Positions 17,208-26,374 are shown, numbered from the stretch's first letter. The stretch is DNA of 32,000 nucleotides from Delftia acidovorans NBRC 14950 (GCF_001598795.1 NZ_BCZP01000007.1:120001-152000); one strand, 5' to 3'. Made by a program: numbers and translations. The notes: a model not told the origin generated them from the letters alone.

Positions 17208-18317
17208 TTATGATGTTCCGCGCAGTGGAGGGGCAAGTCGGCGGGCCTTGCCTTTTGGAATGCAATATGAGTTGACATATATTGCAGTATTCCTCAACGA
17301 CTGGCGCATATCCGGCTTTGCGATTCCGTGCCTTTGGGCAAATTGCTCCACTTCCGTCGTGTCAAAACGGGTTGTCTGGATAAAATCCAGGGCCTCGGCG
17401 CTGGTATTCAAAAACCTCGCCATGGGACGAATACCCAAAAGCCATTTCAGCAATCTCAGCGGAATATGATGCCCGGGCGCCTTCAGCCCAAGAGATTGGG
17501 CCACCTGCTTCAGGAGTTCCTGCAAGCCGGGGCTCTGGGCATCGAGGGCCAGCAGTTCCTGGCCCACCATGGAAGGATCAAAGGCGCAAGCCGCCACCAA
17601 CTCGACCAGATAATCCACAGTGACCAGTGGCAACCAGTGCGCGGCAGTACCGGGTACTGCAGCCAGCTTTCCCTGCACCAGATTGCGTATCAGATCCACC
17701 AGTGGCTGGCCATCCGCTATATGCCCCGTGCGGCTATGACCGCAAACCGTGGCGGGGTGTACAACGATCATCTCTCCACCCTTGGCATTCATGAAGCTGA
17801 GGGTCGCGAAGTGCGCCTCCAGTTTGCTCGCCTCGTAAGCACCGACTTGGCGATAGATGGCAGGCCAATCCGTCAGCTCCGGATGGCCGGGATCAATCCC
17901 TATGCGTTGCAGATGTTCATTGTTTTTCAGCATGTAGCCACCAATCATCACCAACCGGCTCTCTTGCTCGGCCGCCAACTGCGCCACACGCCTTGCCCCT
18001 TCCACATTCACTGCACGTGCATGCTCCATCGAAAGGCCCCAGGCGAAGTGGGCTCCCAGATGGAATACGACCTTGGCCTGCCTCAGGACCTCTCTATCCG
18101 CATGGCTCAGACCGAGGTTTTCTTGCTCCAGATCGCCGGCTACGGCAAAGACGCGGGCTGCGACGCCACCCAAACCATCGACCTGCTGGCGCAGTTCAGC
18201 GAGGCGCTCCGGGCGACGCATCAGTACCCGAATGGTGTGACCTTTCGCGCTCAGGTACGACAGCAAATGCTGGCCGATGAAGCCCGTCCCTCCCGTAACA
18301 AAGCACTCCACGCTCAT
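17208..18317 (-). CDS. NAD(P)-dependent epimerase/dehydratase-type SDR oxidoreductase
   Basis: An internal ATG gives MSVECFVTGGTGFIGQHLLSYL (the TGxxGxxG motif). The catalytic YxxxK is present as YEASK. The 40 codons upstream in the track ORF overlap the MerR promoter. Confidence 0.82.
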   Translation of the reverse strand: MSVECFVTGGTGFIGQHLLSYLSAKGHTIRVLMRRPERLAELRQQVDGLGGVAARVFAVAGDLEQENLGLSHADREVLRQAKVVFHLGAHFAWGLSMEHARAVNVEGARRVAQLAAEQESRLVMIGGYMLKNNEHLQRIGIDPGHPELTDWPAIYRQVGAYEASKLEAHFATLSFMNAKGGEMIVVHPATVCGHSRTGHIADGQPLVDLIRNLVQGKLAAVPGTAAHWLPLVTVDYLVELVAACAFDPSMVGQELLALDAQSPGLQELLKQVAQSLGLKAPGHHIPLRLLKWLLGIRPMARFLNTSAEALDFIQTTRFDTTEVEQFAQRHGIAKPDMRQSLRNTAIYVNSYCIPKGKARRLAPPLRGTS

Positions 18318-18348
18318 TTTTCTGCTCCTTGGCACGATGAAAAAACCA

Positions 18349-18380
18349 AGTGTAGACTGTCGACTCAACTCTACAGTCAA
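18349..18380 (-). promoter_or_regulatory. MerR-type long-spacer promoter/operator for the SDR operon
   Basis: The minus strand reads TTGACT (18380-18375), then a 20-nt spacer, then TACACT (18354-18349). The spacer contains the dyads TGTAGA-N13-TCTACA and GACTGT/ACAGTC. It sits between the divergent MerR and SDR genes. Overlong 19-20 bp spacers are the hallmark of MerR-activated promoters. Confidence 0.5.
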
Positions 18381-18392
18381 GCGATTTTTTCC

Positions 18393-18782
18393 ATGAATAT
18401 CGGGGAACTTGAGGTCCGCAGCGGCGCCACGCGCCATACCTTGCGCTATTACGAGAAAATCGGCCTTATTTCACCCTTGCGGCGAACCAACAATTATCGC
18501 GTTTACACACCGCAAACCCTGCAAGACCTGGACTTTATCCAGCGGGCACAAAGCATGGGATTTTCTCTTGGGGAAATAGGCGAAATTCTGAATGCTCAGA
18601 GAAACAAGTCAATAGATTGCGCCGGGGGTGCAAGACTGATTGAAAAGAAGATGGCGGAAATCAAAAAGAAAATCACTGACCTCAAAAGCATTTATCGGTA
18701 TTTGGATGCGGAGCGCGCAAACCTTGAAGCCAGTGCGGCCAGGCAACTTGAGCTTCAGCGACTCAATGACTCCTCCAATTAA
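18393..18782 (+). CDS. MerR family transcriptional regulator
   Basis: This is the last 130 codons of track ORF 17328..18782. MNIGELEVRSGATRHTLRYYEKIGLISPLRRTNNYRVYTPQTLQDLDFIQRAQSMGFSLGEIGEIL is the canonical MerR HTH, followed by a coiled-coil. The rest of that long ORF is antisense to the SDR gene. Confidence 0.88.
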   Translation: MNIGELEVRSGATRHTLRYYEKIGLISPLRRTNNYRVYTPQTLQDLDFIQRAQSMGFSLGEIGEILNAQRNKSIDCAGGARLIEKKMAEIKKKITDLKSIYRYLDAERANLEASAARQLELQRLNDSSN

Positions 18783-19019
18783 TTGGACAGGAATCGGAGA
18801 ATGAATGTCACCACCTTGCTGGTGCCGCTGTGTGCGGTGAGCCAACTGACGCGCCGGCTAATTCCGGTCGGAATGGCCTTTGTGGACATCGGCTATCGGC
18901 ATGTCCTGGCACTGTCCACAACCTGCCAGTGCCGCCTCGTCCTGTAGGTCACCTTCTGGTCCAAATAGGCATCACCTACGTCGTGCGAATTCCACCGGTT
19001 GATGCGAAGGAAGAATCCC

Positions 19020-19574
19020 ATGATGAATACTCGAAATCTTGTCGGACGTAATGGGTTGCGGATGTGTGCTGTGGCCGCACTGTTCACAGTGTCGTCCATT
19101 CTTGCTGTGGTGGCGGCTGCCGAGGATGCTCGGACCCGGCGGTTGACACTTTGGGAGGCGGTTGATGCTCTTGCCGCGCAAGTGCCATTCAGCCAGCGAA
19201 ATATCGAGGCAACCCTTTCCCTTCCACTTCGTGAACGTGACGTGCCGGGCAACCCGCTGTCGAATTTTTTCGAGGGTGCAGGGCTTCGCCTTCGTGACAG
19301 CCAGCTGGTTTTGAACGTGGATTTGCGAGTGAGGAAAGACGATCCGCGGTTTGCCGTGTTGGTTCTGGACATCGCAGGCGGCTGCGTCAGGATTGCCGAC
19401 GTGCGTGCTCGTTACGGAACGTTGGAAATTACCGGCTCCCCTCGTGGGCATTCACTGGAGGAGTCGACTTGGTTTTCGTCGGCTCAGCGATGGGGCGAGC
19501 TTTCGTTTGGCTTCAAGGAACGCAATCCCGACTGCCTGGCGCAGATAGTGCTTAAAGCGACAAAGCCCGCCTGA
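19020..19574 (+). CDS. Hypothetical secreted protein (about 184 aa)
   Basis: GAAGGAAG lies 6 nt upstream of ATGATG at 19020. The signal-like segment is LRMCAVAALFTVSSILAVVAAAED. No family recognised. Confidence 0.5.
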   Translation: MMNTRNLVGRNGLRMCAVAALFTVSSILAVVAAAEDARTRRLTLWEAVDALAAQVPFSQRNIEATLSLPLRERDVPGNPLSNFFEGAGLRLRDSQLVLNVDLRVRKDDPRFAVLVLDIAGGCVRIADVRARYGTLEITGSPRGHSLEESTWFSSAQRWGELSFGFKERNPDCLAQIVLKATKPA

Positions 19575-19641
19575 GGACGCATGCCGAACGTAGCAAGGCA
19601 GCCAAGACCAGTCACTCTCCCGCACGGCAGAATCTAGCTCG

Positions 19642-19941
19642 ATGACAAGAGCCAGACCCCGAAAAATCCCGCTGGCCACCCTCGAAGAGGCAGCGCGGCT
19701 CGCAACCCGAACTGCGCTTGAGCCATTCATGCGCATTCCCGACGGTGTCGAGCTGACGTTGGGAACGTTCTGGGAGGAAGATGAGGTTGTTTTCGAGCTG
19801 TACATCGCGAAGGACCAACCCAGGGACGCGGTGGTGCTCACGCAGGCTCGTGTGAATCAGTATGACGGGCAGGTGCGGTCCGTCCGCGTTTTTGAGGAAG
19901 CAATGGCAATCATGGCGGCGAAGCGGAAGGCAAAGACTTAA
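19642..19941 (+). CDS. Hypothetical protein (99 aa)
   Basis: Protein-like composition (MTRARPRKIPLATLEEAARLATRTALEPFMRIPDGVELTLGTFWEEDEVVFELYIAKDQPRD...). The RBS is weak and no family is recognised. Confidence 0.4.
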   Translation: MTRARPRKIPLATLEEAARLATRTALEPFMRIPDGVELTLGTFWEEDEVVFELYIAKDQPRDAVVLTQARVNQYDGQVRSVRVFEEAMAIMAAKRKAKT

Positions 19942-20026
19942 GTCGTCCAGCAGCAGTCGCACCGTGCCATGCCCACAACGCACGTCATTGCAGATGACGC
20001 TGCAATCTGAAAAGGATTCGCGTAAC

Positions 20027-20461
20027 TCACCCTTCCCACTCGGATGCGCAGGCCACCTTGCCGGTCGGTGAATTTCGCAGACGGTTCAGGAAATCCAACT
20101 GGCCTCTGGCCGTTTGACTCCCCTTTGCGACGGCTTGCCGCAGCCAGTGAACTGCTTCGCAGCGATTCGCTTTCACCGCGGTACCGTACAAGGTTGGGCC
20201 TGCCATAAGAACCCATGCCAGCGTTTCCTGCGCTTGTGCCTCGCCATCACGGGCCGCCTGGCGCAGCAACGCGAGCATGGGGGCGTAATCACGTGCCGTC
20301 TGGGCTTCCAAGGCCAGTTGATATCGCTGTTCGGCGGTGGTTGCCATGTCGAAGGGCAATGGTGTCGCCTGCGCCAGCGCGCCAGCCAGAGCCGCCGCGA
20401 TGAACAAGCCATTCCCTGCATGTCGTGCCAGTGCGGCCATCAGACGGAATTTGAATCGCAT
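20027..20461 (-). CDS. Secreted Sel1-like (SLR/TPR) repeat protein (144 aa)
   Basis: GGAGAC RBS before the ATG at 20461. Signal peptide MRFKFRLMAALARHAGNGLFIAAALAGALAQA. LLRQAARDGEAQAQETLAWVL...EAVHWLRQAVAKGSQTARGQL fits the Sel1 repeat pattern (W..KAA.QG.A.AQ..LG). Confidence 0.6.
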   Translation of the reverse strand: MRFKFRLMAALARHAGNGLFIAAALAGALAQATPLPFDMATTAEQRYQLALEAQTARDYAPMLALLRQAARDGEAQAQETLAWVLMAGPTLYGTAVKANRCEAVHWLRQAVAKGSQTARGQLDFLNRLRNSPTGKVACASEWEG

Positions 20462-20767
20462 TTTTGTCTCCACTTGAACTGAGTGCAGCCATCGTCGTAG
20501 CAATCCCGATTACTGAAAATGCGGAATTTTCGAAGGCGCCCTCAGGACCACCCAGAGGCTGATTCAAGCTGACGTATCGACCTAGTAAAGAACCTGCACA
20601 GGATGGACCTCACCGGGTTTTGAGGAGGCTTTAACTCTCAAGAACAAGCGCCCCACACCAGACATCCCCTTGATCAATCTCCCCCCAGGTGGCGCATGAT
20701 CACCCTGGCGGCCGCGCTGCCCTGCACTCGCCGGTACGCAAGACACAACCACCCCACGGAGCCAAGC

Positions 20768-21181
20768 ATGACCAAGTCCCTCTTCATCAGTCTCCCCGTG
20801 ACCGACCTCGGCGCCTCCACCGCCTTCTACAAGGCGCTGGGCTTCAGCCAGAACCCGCAGTTCAGCAGTGAGGATGGTTCCGCCATGGTCTGGAGCGAGG
20901 CGATCCAGGTCATGCTGGTCACGCATGCCAAGTGGCGCACCTTCACGCAGCGCCCGCTGCCACCGGCCGGCTCCTGCGGATTGATGCTGTCACTGGCCCT
21001 TGAGAGCCGCGCCGCCGTGGATGCGATGAACGAGGCCGCTGCGGCCCATGGCGGGCAGGCCGACGTGAATCCGATGGAGGACCACGGCTTCATGTACACG
21101 CGCGATCTGGCCGATCCTGATGGACACATGTGGGCGGCGCTGTGGATGGACCCGGCGGCCATGCCTGCATCCGCTGGGTGA
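20768..21181 (+). CDS. VOC (glyoxalase/bleomycin-resistance fold) family protein
   Basis: GGAG RBS before the ATG at 20768. MTKSLFISLPVTDLGASTAFYKALGFSQNPQFS ... FMYTRDLADPDGHMWAALWMDP is typical of small VOC proteins. Confidence 0.75.
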   Translation: MTKSLFISLPVTDLGASTAFYKALGFSQNPQFSSEDGSAMVWSEAIQVMLVTHAKWRTFTQRPLPPAGSCGLMLSLALESRAAVDAMNEAAAAHGGQADVNPMEDHGFMYTRDLADPDGHMWAALWMDPAAMPASAG

Positions 21182-21307
21182 GCGAGGCTGAACGCGGCTG
21201 GACGCAACTTCAGGCTTGCCGCGCAGATAGCCCGGAATTCGGCGGTGCATTCTGCGGTGCGGCGGTGATGCGCGGATACTGTCCCGTCCCCCACTGCGGA
21301 GCAAAGC

Positions 21308-22534
21308 ATGCGATTGCCGAAGTCTGGACTCATCCCCTGGTTGCTCATGGTTGCAACCCCTGTGTTGGCGCAGATCAATGCGGGAACGCTGCCTGCCACT
21401 GCATCGCCTCCGTTCAAGGTCACCAAGGTCGCGCAATTCGATCTGCCCTGGCGCATCGCATTCCTGCCGGACGGGCGCATGCTGGTCACCGAGAAGGTTG
21501 GCAAGCTGTTTCTCGCGGCCCAGGACGGGCAAAAGCTCGAAGTCACCGGCGTGCCGCCCGTGCTGCATGAAAACCAGAACGGCCTGCTCGGTGTCTACCT
21601 GGCCCCTTCGTATGCGAGCGACGGGGCCATCTACCTGACCTATTCGGAGCCCGGAGAGATCCGCGGCACGTCGAGCCTGGCGCTTGCGCGCGCCACGCTC
21701 AGGATCGGTGCCGGCACCGATGCGCTGGAAGACCTCAAGGTCATCTGGCGCGACCCCGTCAAGGGCAAGGGCGGGCAGGTGGGTGCCGCCGTGGCTTTTT
21801 CGCCGGACCAGAAGTTTCTGTTCCTCACGGCAGGGGACCGGCAGCGCTTCACGCCTGCCCAGGACCCGAATCAGCCGGCCGGCAAGATCCTGCGGCTGAC
21901 CTTGGACGGCAAGCCCGCGCCCGGCAATCCGATGGAGGGGCAGACCGGCGCAACGTCGGTTCCTGTGATCGATCCGCCCAAGGACACAGAGGCCGCCAAG
22001 ACTGCGCCGGTGTTGCGCACGTTTGTCTTTGACGGTCCGAATCTGACGCCGTCCGAGACCTGGTCCACGGGGCATCGCACGCCCTACGGCCTGGCATTCG
22101 CGCCGGATGGGCGTCTTTGGGAGCTTGAGCATGGGCCTCGCGGCGGCGATGAGCTCAACCTGATCGAGCCGGGCAAGAACTATGGCTGGCCGCTGGTCTC
22201 CTATGCGGTGAACTACAACGGCGTGCCCATTGCCAGCCCGGATACGCGAACGGACCTCACCAAGCCCGCGATCTACTGGACGCCTGTCTTCGCGCCGGGC
22301 AGCCTGATGTTCTACAGCGGCGAGATGTTTCCGCAGTGGAAGGGCTCAGCGTTTGCGTCCGGCCTGCTGACCCGCGCCCTGCACCGGATCGAGGTGAACG
22401 GCGCGAGCGCCACGCCTGCCGAGCATTGGACGGTAGGCTTTCGCGTCCGCGACGTGGCGCAGGCGCCGGATGGTGCGCTGTGGCTGATCGAGGACGACCG
22501 CAAGGGCGGTCTGTATCGGCTCACACCGAAGTAG
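21308..22534 (+). CDS. PQQ-dependent sugar dehydrogenase (soluble aldose sugar dehydrogenase, YliI-like)
   Basis: Signal peptide MRLPKSGLIPWLLMVATPVLAQ. Family motifs seen: PWRIAFLPDGRMLVTEK, NGLLGV, GHRTPYGLAFAPDGRLWELEHGPRGGDELNLIEPGKNYGWP, DVAQAPDGALWLIED. Confidence 0.88.
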   Translation: MRLPKSGLIPWLLMVATPVLAQINAGTLPATASPPFKVTKVAQFDLPWRIAFLPDGRMLVTEKVGKLFLAAQDGQKLEVTGVPPVLHENQNGLLGVYLAPSYASDGAIYLTYSEPGEIRGTSSLALARATLRIGAGTDALEDLKVIWRDPVKGKGGQVGAAVAFSPDQKFLFLTAGDRQRFTPAQDPNQPAGKILRLTLDGKPAPGNPMEGQTGATSVPVIDPPKDTEAAKTAPVLRTFVFDGPNLTPSETWSTGHRTPYGLAFAPDGRLWELEHGPRGGDELNLIEPGKNYGWPLVSYAVNYNGVPIASPDTRTDLTKPAIYWTPVFAPGSLMFYSGEMFPQWKGSAFASGLLTRALHRIEVNGASATPAEHWTVGFRVRDVAQAPDGALWLIEDDRKGGLYRLTPK

Positions 22535-22603
22535 GCAGCTGGGGGATGGTTGCCGCGCTGGGCACGGCCTGCGGGCGCCCGGCGCTGGCAGCGCCACCTG
22601 CCA

Positions 22604-22837
22604 TCAAAGGCTCAGGTCCATGCCCAGCATGGTGGCCAGGCCGAAGGTGAAGAGCAGCACGCACAGCAGCAGCAGCGTGAAGACGGCAACGATCTTGCCA
22701 CTGGCAACGAGCAGCTCGCGCCTGCTCGCCCCCTTCTTCTTGCCCTGGTCGTAATGCCACTTGATGGCGAAGAACATGGCCGTGCCGAACACGAGCACCT
22801 TGAAGGTGACGAAGACTATGGGGACCCAATCGATCAT
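22604..22837 (-). CDS. Small two-TM membrane protein (77 aa)
   Basis: Internal ATG of track ORF 22604..23194. MIDWVPIVFVTFKVLVFGTAMFFAIKWHYDQGKKKGASRRELLVASGKIVAVFTLLLLCVLLFTFGLATMLG gives two clear hydrophobic helices joined by a basic loop. Confidence 0.5.
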   Translation of the reverse strand: MIDWVPIVFVTFKVLVFGTAMFFAIKWHYDQGKKKGASRRELLVASGKIVAVFTLLLLCVLLFTFGLATMLGMDLSL

Positions 22838-23012
22838 TTTGAGAGCTTCCAGCCAATGACTTGGCACTGTCCATGGTGAGGAGCCTCCCTCCCGGACATG
22901 GGAGGCGAGAGCGTCAGCGACGGCCATGCAAGCACGGTACTTCCACACCTTGTGGCGCATACTACCCAAAAGCAATTTCCATACATGAACCCATACGTTG
23001 CCGCTTAAATCC

Positions 23013-24395
23013 ATGCAAGATGAGCCTTTGCCCCTCTGGTTGCCGCAACTGGCCGTGCAGGGCGGCCCCCGATTCCTGCAGATCGCCGATGCCTTGCAGG
23101 CAGCCTTGGCAGACGGATCGCTGAAGCCCGGTGACCGCCTGCCCCCACAACGCCGGCTGGCGGCCCAGCTGGATGTGGACCTGACGACGGTCACGCGCGC
23201 CTACGATGAAGCCAGGCGCCGCCAGCTGCTGGAGGGACGCGGCGCCAGAGGCACCTATGTCGCGGCGCCCAAGGTGGAGCTCAACGCCGTGCTGGACCTG
23301 AGCATGAACACCCCGCCACCGCCGGCTGGCGTGGACCTGGACGACATGTTGAAGCAGGGCCTGTCGCAAGTGCTGATGGGTGCGGATGCCCAGTTGCTGA
23401 TGACCTACCACCTGGGTGGGGGAAGCGACTCCGACCGCAAGGCGGGCGCCAGGTGGCTGCAGCCCATGTTCGGAGATGTGGATGCACGGCAGTTGGTGGT
23501 CTGCCCGGGCGCGCAGGCGGCGATTGCCGCCCTGGTGCTTGCGCTGACGGAGCCTGGCGATGTGATCCTGACCGAGCCCACCAGCTATCCCGGCCTGCGT
23601 GCCGCAGCGGCCCAGTTCGGCCGGCGCATCATTGCGGTGCAAGCGGACAGCCAGGGGATCATGCCCGAGCGGCTTGAGCAGGCATGCCGACAGCACAGGC
23701 CCGGGCTGGTCTACCTGAACCCCACGCTGCAGAACCCGACCGCCATCACGCTTGCCGAGGACCGGCGCCAAGAGATCGCCAGCATCGCAAAGCGCTGCCA
23801 TGTGCGCATCGTCGAGGACGATCCCTACTGGCTGCTGGCCGATGCCCCGCCGCCGCCGATCGCCAGGTTTGCCCCGGAGCAGGTGTACTACATCTCCACC
23901 CTCTCCAAATGCCTGACGCCCGGTTTGCGGGTGGCCTTCGTGCTCCTGCCTGACCCGCACGAGCGCCAGCGTTTCCTGGTCGCGCTGAGATCGTTTGCGC
24001 TGATGGCCACGCCGCTGACGGCCGCCCTGGCCACGCAGTGGATCCTCGACGGCTCGGCCGGAAAATTGATGGAAGGTGTGCGCAAGGAGGCGCGCCTGCG
24101 CCACCGGATGGCCAGGGATGTGCTGGCCGGTCGGTACAGCGGCGCGGGAGACGGCCTGCATGTATGGCTGGAGCTGCCGAGTTACTGGAGCCCGTCGCAG
24201 CTTGCGCGTGCCGCCGACAGCGAGGGCATCGCCGTCACGCCGGCGCAGGCCTTCGCCACCGGCAGCGAATCAGTGAATGCCATCCGCATCTCCCTGGGCA
24301 GCATCAAGGACCGTGGGCGCCTGCAGGCGGGCCTTCAGCGGCTGTCGCATCTGCTTGCGCGCCTGCCCGAGTCGTTCAGCGCCGCCGTGGTTTAG
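23013..24395 (+). CDS. MocR/GabR-type regulator (GntR HTH fused to a PLP aminotransferase-like domain)
   Basis: N-terminal FLQIADALQAALADGSLKPGDRLPPQRRLAAQLDVDLTTVTRAYDEARRRQLLEGRGARGTYVA is a GntR wHTH. The C-terminal domain of about 350 aa has fold-type I aminotransferase features (YLNPTLQNPT, STLSKCLTPGLRVAF). ATG at 23013; TTG at 22998 is an alternative. Confidence 0.85.
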   Translation: MQDEPLPLWLPQLAVQGGPRFLQIADALQAALADGSLKPGDRLPPQRRLAAQLDVDLTTVTRAYDEARRRQLLEGRGARGTYVAAPKVELNAVLDLSMNTPPPPAGVDLDDMLKQGLSQVLMGADAQLLMTYHLGGGSDSDRKAGARWLQPMFGDVDARQLVVCPGAQAAIAALVLALTEPGDVILTEPTSYPGLRAAAAQFGRRIIAVQADSQGIMPERLEQACRQHRPGLVYLNPTLQNPTAITLAEDRRQEIASIAKRCHVRIVEDDPYWLLADAPPPPIARFAPEQVYYISTLSKCLTPGLRVAFVLLPDPHERQRFLVALRSFALMATPLTAALATQWILDGSAGKLMEGVRKEARLRHRMARDVLAGRYSGAGDGLHVWLELPSYWSPSQLARAADSEGIAVTPAQAFATGSESVNAIRISLGSIKDRGRLQAGLQRLSHLLARLPESFSAAVV

Positions 24396-24525
24396 CGGTT
24401 CAGCGCGTATCGAGGCGTGAGGCGTGAGGCGTTGCGCCGATGGGTTGCCACAACGGCTCAAGGCGCCCGGCAACCCGGGGGGTGCACGCCTTTGAAAGCA
24501 GGCCTTGGCATGGCTCGCTGGCCGT

Positions 24526-25242
24526 TCAAGGCTCCAGAGCAAAGTCCACCGCCGCCTGCGCATGCAGGGCGGTGGTATCCAGCACGGGCACAGGGCAATG
24601 CTCCTGCTGCACCAGCAGGCTGATTTCCGTGCAGCCCAGCACCATGGCCTGCGCACCCTGCCCGGCCAGCTGCGCCATGATGCGCTGATACGTGCGCCGC
24701 GACTCTTCAAGAATCCGGCCTGTGCACAGTTCCTCGTAGATGATGCGGTGCACCTCGGCGCGGTCTGCCTCCTGCGGCAACAGCACCTCCAGACCCTGCT
24801 GCTGCAGCCGCTCGCGCATGAAGGGCTGCTCCATGGTGAAGCGTGTGCCCAGCAGCCCCAGCTTCCGGTAGCCGCGTGTGCGGGCTGCGTTGGCTACCGG
24901 GTCGGCAATGTGAAGAAAAGGGATGCGCACCGCTGCCGCAATGCGGTCTGCCAGCTTGTGCATGGTGTTGGTGCACAGCAGCACGCCGTCCGCCCCGCCC
25001 TGCTGCAGCCGCCGCGCGGCATCCTCCAGCAAGGCGGCGGCGTCGTCCCATCGGCCTTCATGCTGGGCCTGCTCGATGGGGCCAAAATCCACGCTGTACA
25101 TGAGCAGTTTTGCGGAGCGCAGCGGACCCAGCCTGTCACGCACGCCTTGATTGATGAGCCGGTAGTACTCGGCGCTGGACTCCCAGCTCATGCCACCGAT
25201 GAGACCGATGACGCGGTGAATTTCCGTGGGGTTTGAGTTCAT
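24526..25242 (-). CDS. Aspartate/glutamate racemase family protein (aspartate racemase-like)
   Basis: 238 aa. VIGLIGGMSWESSAEYYRLIN and VLGCTEISLL are present (the two Cys-containing racemase motifs are GGMS.. / GCTE..). Confidence 0.82.
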   Translation of the reverse strand: MNSNPTEIHRVIGLIGGMSWESSAEYYRLINQGVRDRLGPLRSAKLLMYSVDFGPIEQAQHEGRWDDAAALLEDAARRLQQGGADGVLLCTNTMHKLADRIAAAVRIPFLHIADPVANAARTRGYRKLGLLGTRFTMEQPFMRERLQQQGLEVLLPQEADRAEVHRIIYEELCTGRILEESRRTYQRIMAQLAGQGAQAMVLGCTEISLLVQQEHCPVPVLDTTALHAQAAVDFALEP

Positions 25243-25337
25243 GCCCGCAGTGTGGGCAGCGGCCGATTTCGCGTCTATCAGGAAATTTCAGTTCAGGAAT
25301 GCAAGGCAAGGCAAGGGCCATACAAGGCAATACAGCG

Positions 25338-26132
25338 ATGACAGATCACGAACCACCGGGCTTCGAGGTGCAGCTGCTGGGCCGCACGCCCTACAGCAGC
25401 CATGACCCGACCCGCCTGCATTCGCTGGGCATCGCGCTGGAGCGCCAGCAGGGCGTGCATGCCATTGCCAGCGATCGCCGCGTCGACTTCGATACCTGGC
25501 CCGGGACGGTGGCATGCACGCCGCCGGGCGTCGACGTGTTTTCCGAATCGGCCACGGGCGGCGAGTACCTGGTGGTTCGCTGCACCCAGGCGCATTGGGA
25601 ACAATGGCTCAGCGAGGGAGCGTCTGCAACCCAGGCACGGCGCGTTGTGACGCCCGGGCAGCGCAGCGCCTTGCAGATTGCGCACCAACTGCGCCAGCTG
25701 CTGCTGAGCACCGAACCGGACACGCTGGCCATCGAGCAGGCCGCGCTGTGCTTCATGGCCCGGCAATGCCATGCGTCCACCGCCCGCGTCGAGGCCTTGC
25801 GCCCCGTGTACCGCCCTGTCCTGGAGCGCATGGCGGCCGAGTTTGCGCAGCCGTTGAGCATTGCCCAGCTGGCCCGGATGGTCCAGCGCACGCCGCTGCA
25901 GTTTCTGCGCGAGTTTTCCCAGCTGCTGGGAATGACGCCGCATGCCTTTCTTGTGGAAACCCGCGTACAGGCGGCCCGCTCCATGATGCGGGCAGACGCC
26001 CATTCCCTGGCGGGTATCGCCCACGATTGCGGCTTCAGCCATCAGTCGCACATGGGCGTCGCTTTCCGCAAGACTCTGGGACTGACTCCCCGCCAGTACC
26101 TGGCCCGCATGCGTCACACGGGCAAGCAATGA
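25338..26132 (+). CDS. AraC family transcriptional regulator
   Basis: The C-terminal double HTH reads LSIAQLARMVQRTPLQFLREFSQLLGMTPHAFLVETRVQAARSMM...LAGIAHDCGFSHQSHMGVAFRKTLGLTPRQY. The ATG at 25338 is the internal start of the track ORF. Divergent from the racemase gene. Confidence 0.85.
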   Translation: MTDHEPPGFEVQLLGRTPYSSHDPTRLHSLGIALERQQGVHAIASDRRVDFDTWPGTVACTPPGVDVFSESATGGEYLVVRCTQAHWEQWLSEGASATQARRVVTPGQRSALQIAHQLRQLLLSTEPDTLAIEQAALCFMARQCHASTARVEALRPVYRPVLERMAAEFAQPLSIAQLARMVQRTPLQFLREFSQLLGMTPHAFLVETRVQAARSMMRADAHSLAGIAHDCGFSHQSHMGVAFRKTLGLTPRQYLARMRHTGKQ

Positions 26133-26326
26133 CCGATGGAGCACCTGAGACAGCCACAGCCATAGCCACAGCCAGGACATAGGGCTTGACGGGCTTTCCA
26201 GGGAGTGCCGGGCCCTTTCAGCTGCCCGTGTTGGATTTTCATAACTATTGTCAATCCGAACAGACGGACTCGACCTGCGCACTTCAACCGCGCATACTTA
26301 AGTCTGTTCTTCTCACTACTGCTTTG

Positions 26327-26374
26327 GGTTGCAAACGGGGTTGCCACTGAGATTGCAACTGGAGATGCGATTGG
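26327..26374. repeat. Four degenerate 12-bp tandem units (consensus GgTTGCaActGG) in the low-G+C leader of the GAF-EAL gene
   Basis: Units are ggttgcaaacgg / ggttgccactga / gattgcaactgg / agatgcgattgg, read directly from the sequence. No credible ORF covers them. Confidence 0.6.

Noticed and set aside
17328-18392. The first roughly 355 codons of the 484-aa plus-strand ORF 17328..18782
   Set aside because: Only the last 130 codons (from ATG 18393) form a recognisable MerR protein. The upstream part is antisense to the SDR gene and has no motifs.
18801-18947. 48-codon ORF (MNVTTLLVPLCAVSQLTRRLIPVGMAFVDIGYRHVLALSTTCQCRLVL) with a GGAG RBS immediately after the MerR gene
   Set aside because: It is too short and unsupported to list as a feature. 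It is mentioned only within the orphan-cluster finding and needs conservation or expression data.
19983-20006. Overlapping hairpins CGTCAT-tgcag-ATGACG and ATTGCAG-atgacg-CTGCAAT between convergent genes; a possible bidirectional terminator
   Set aside because: The stems are short (6-7 bp) and moderate in G+C, and no U-tract follows on either strand. This is not enough to call an intrinsic terminator.
20990-22132. 380-aa minus-strand ORF opposite the PQQ-dependent dehydrogenase gene, and similar antisense ORFs at 22962..24161, 25293..26282, 28580..29737 and 30118..31368
   Set aside because: All are antisense to ORFs with strong family motifs, and all have R/G/A/H-rich low-complexity translations.
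24412-24432. The 7-nt tandem repeat gaggcgt x3 just downstream of the MocR stop
   Set aside because: It is very short, intergenic between convergent genes, and has no associated structure or ORF. It is probably a slippage relic.
26151-26174. The hexamer tandem array cagcca/cagcca/tagcca/cagcca just after the AraC stop
   Set aside because: It is a short simple repeat with no evident function. It is noted only as part of the unusually repeat-rich 26.1-26.5 kb intergenic region.
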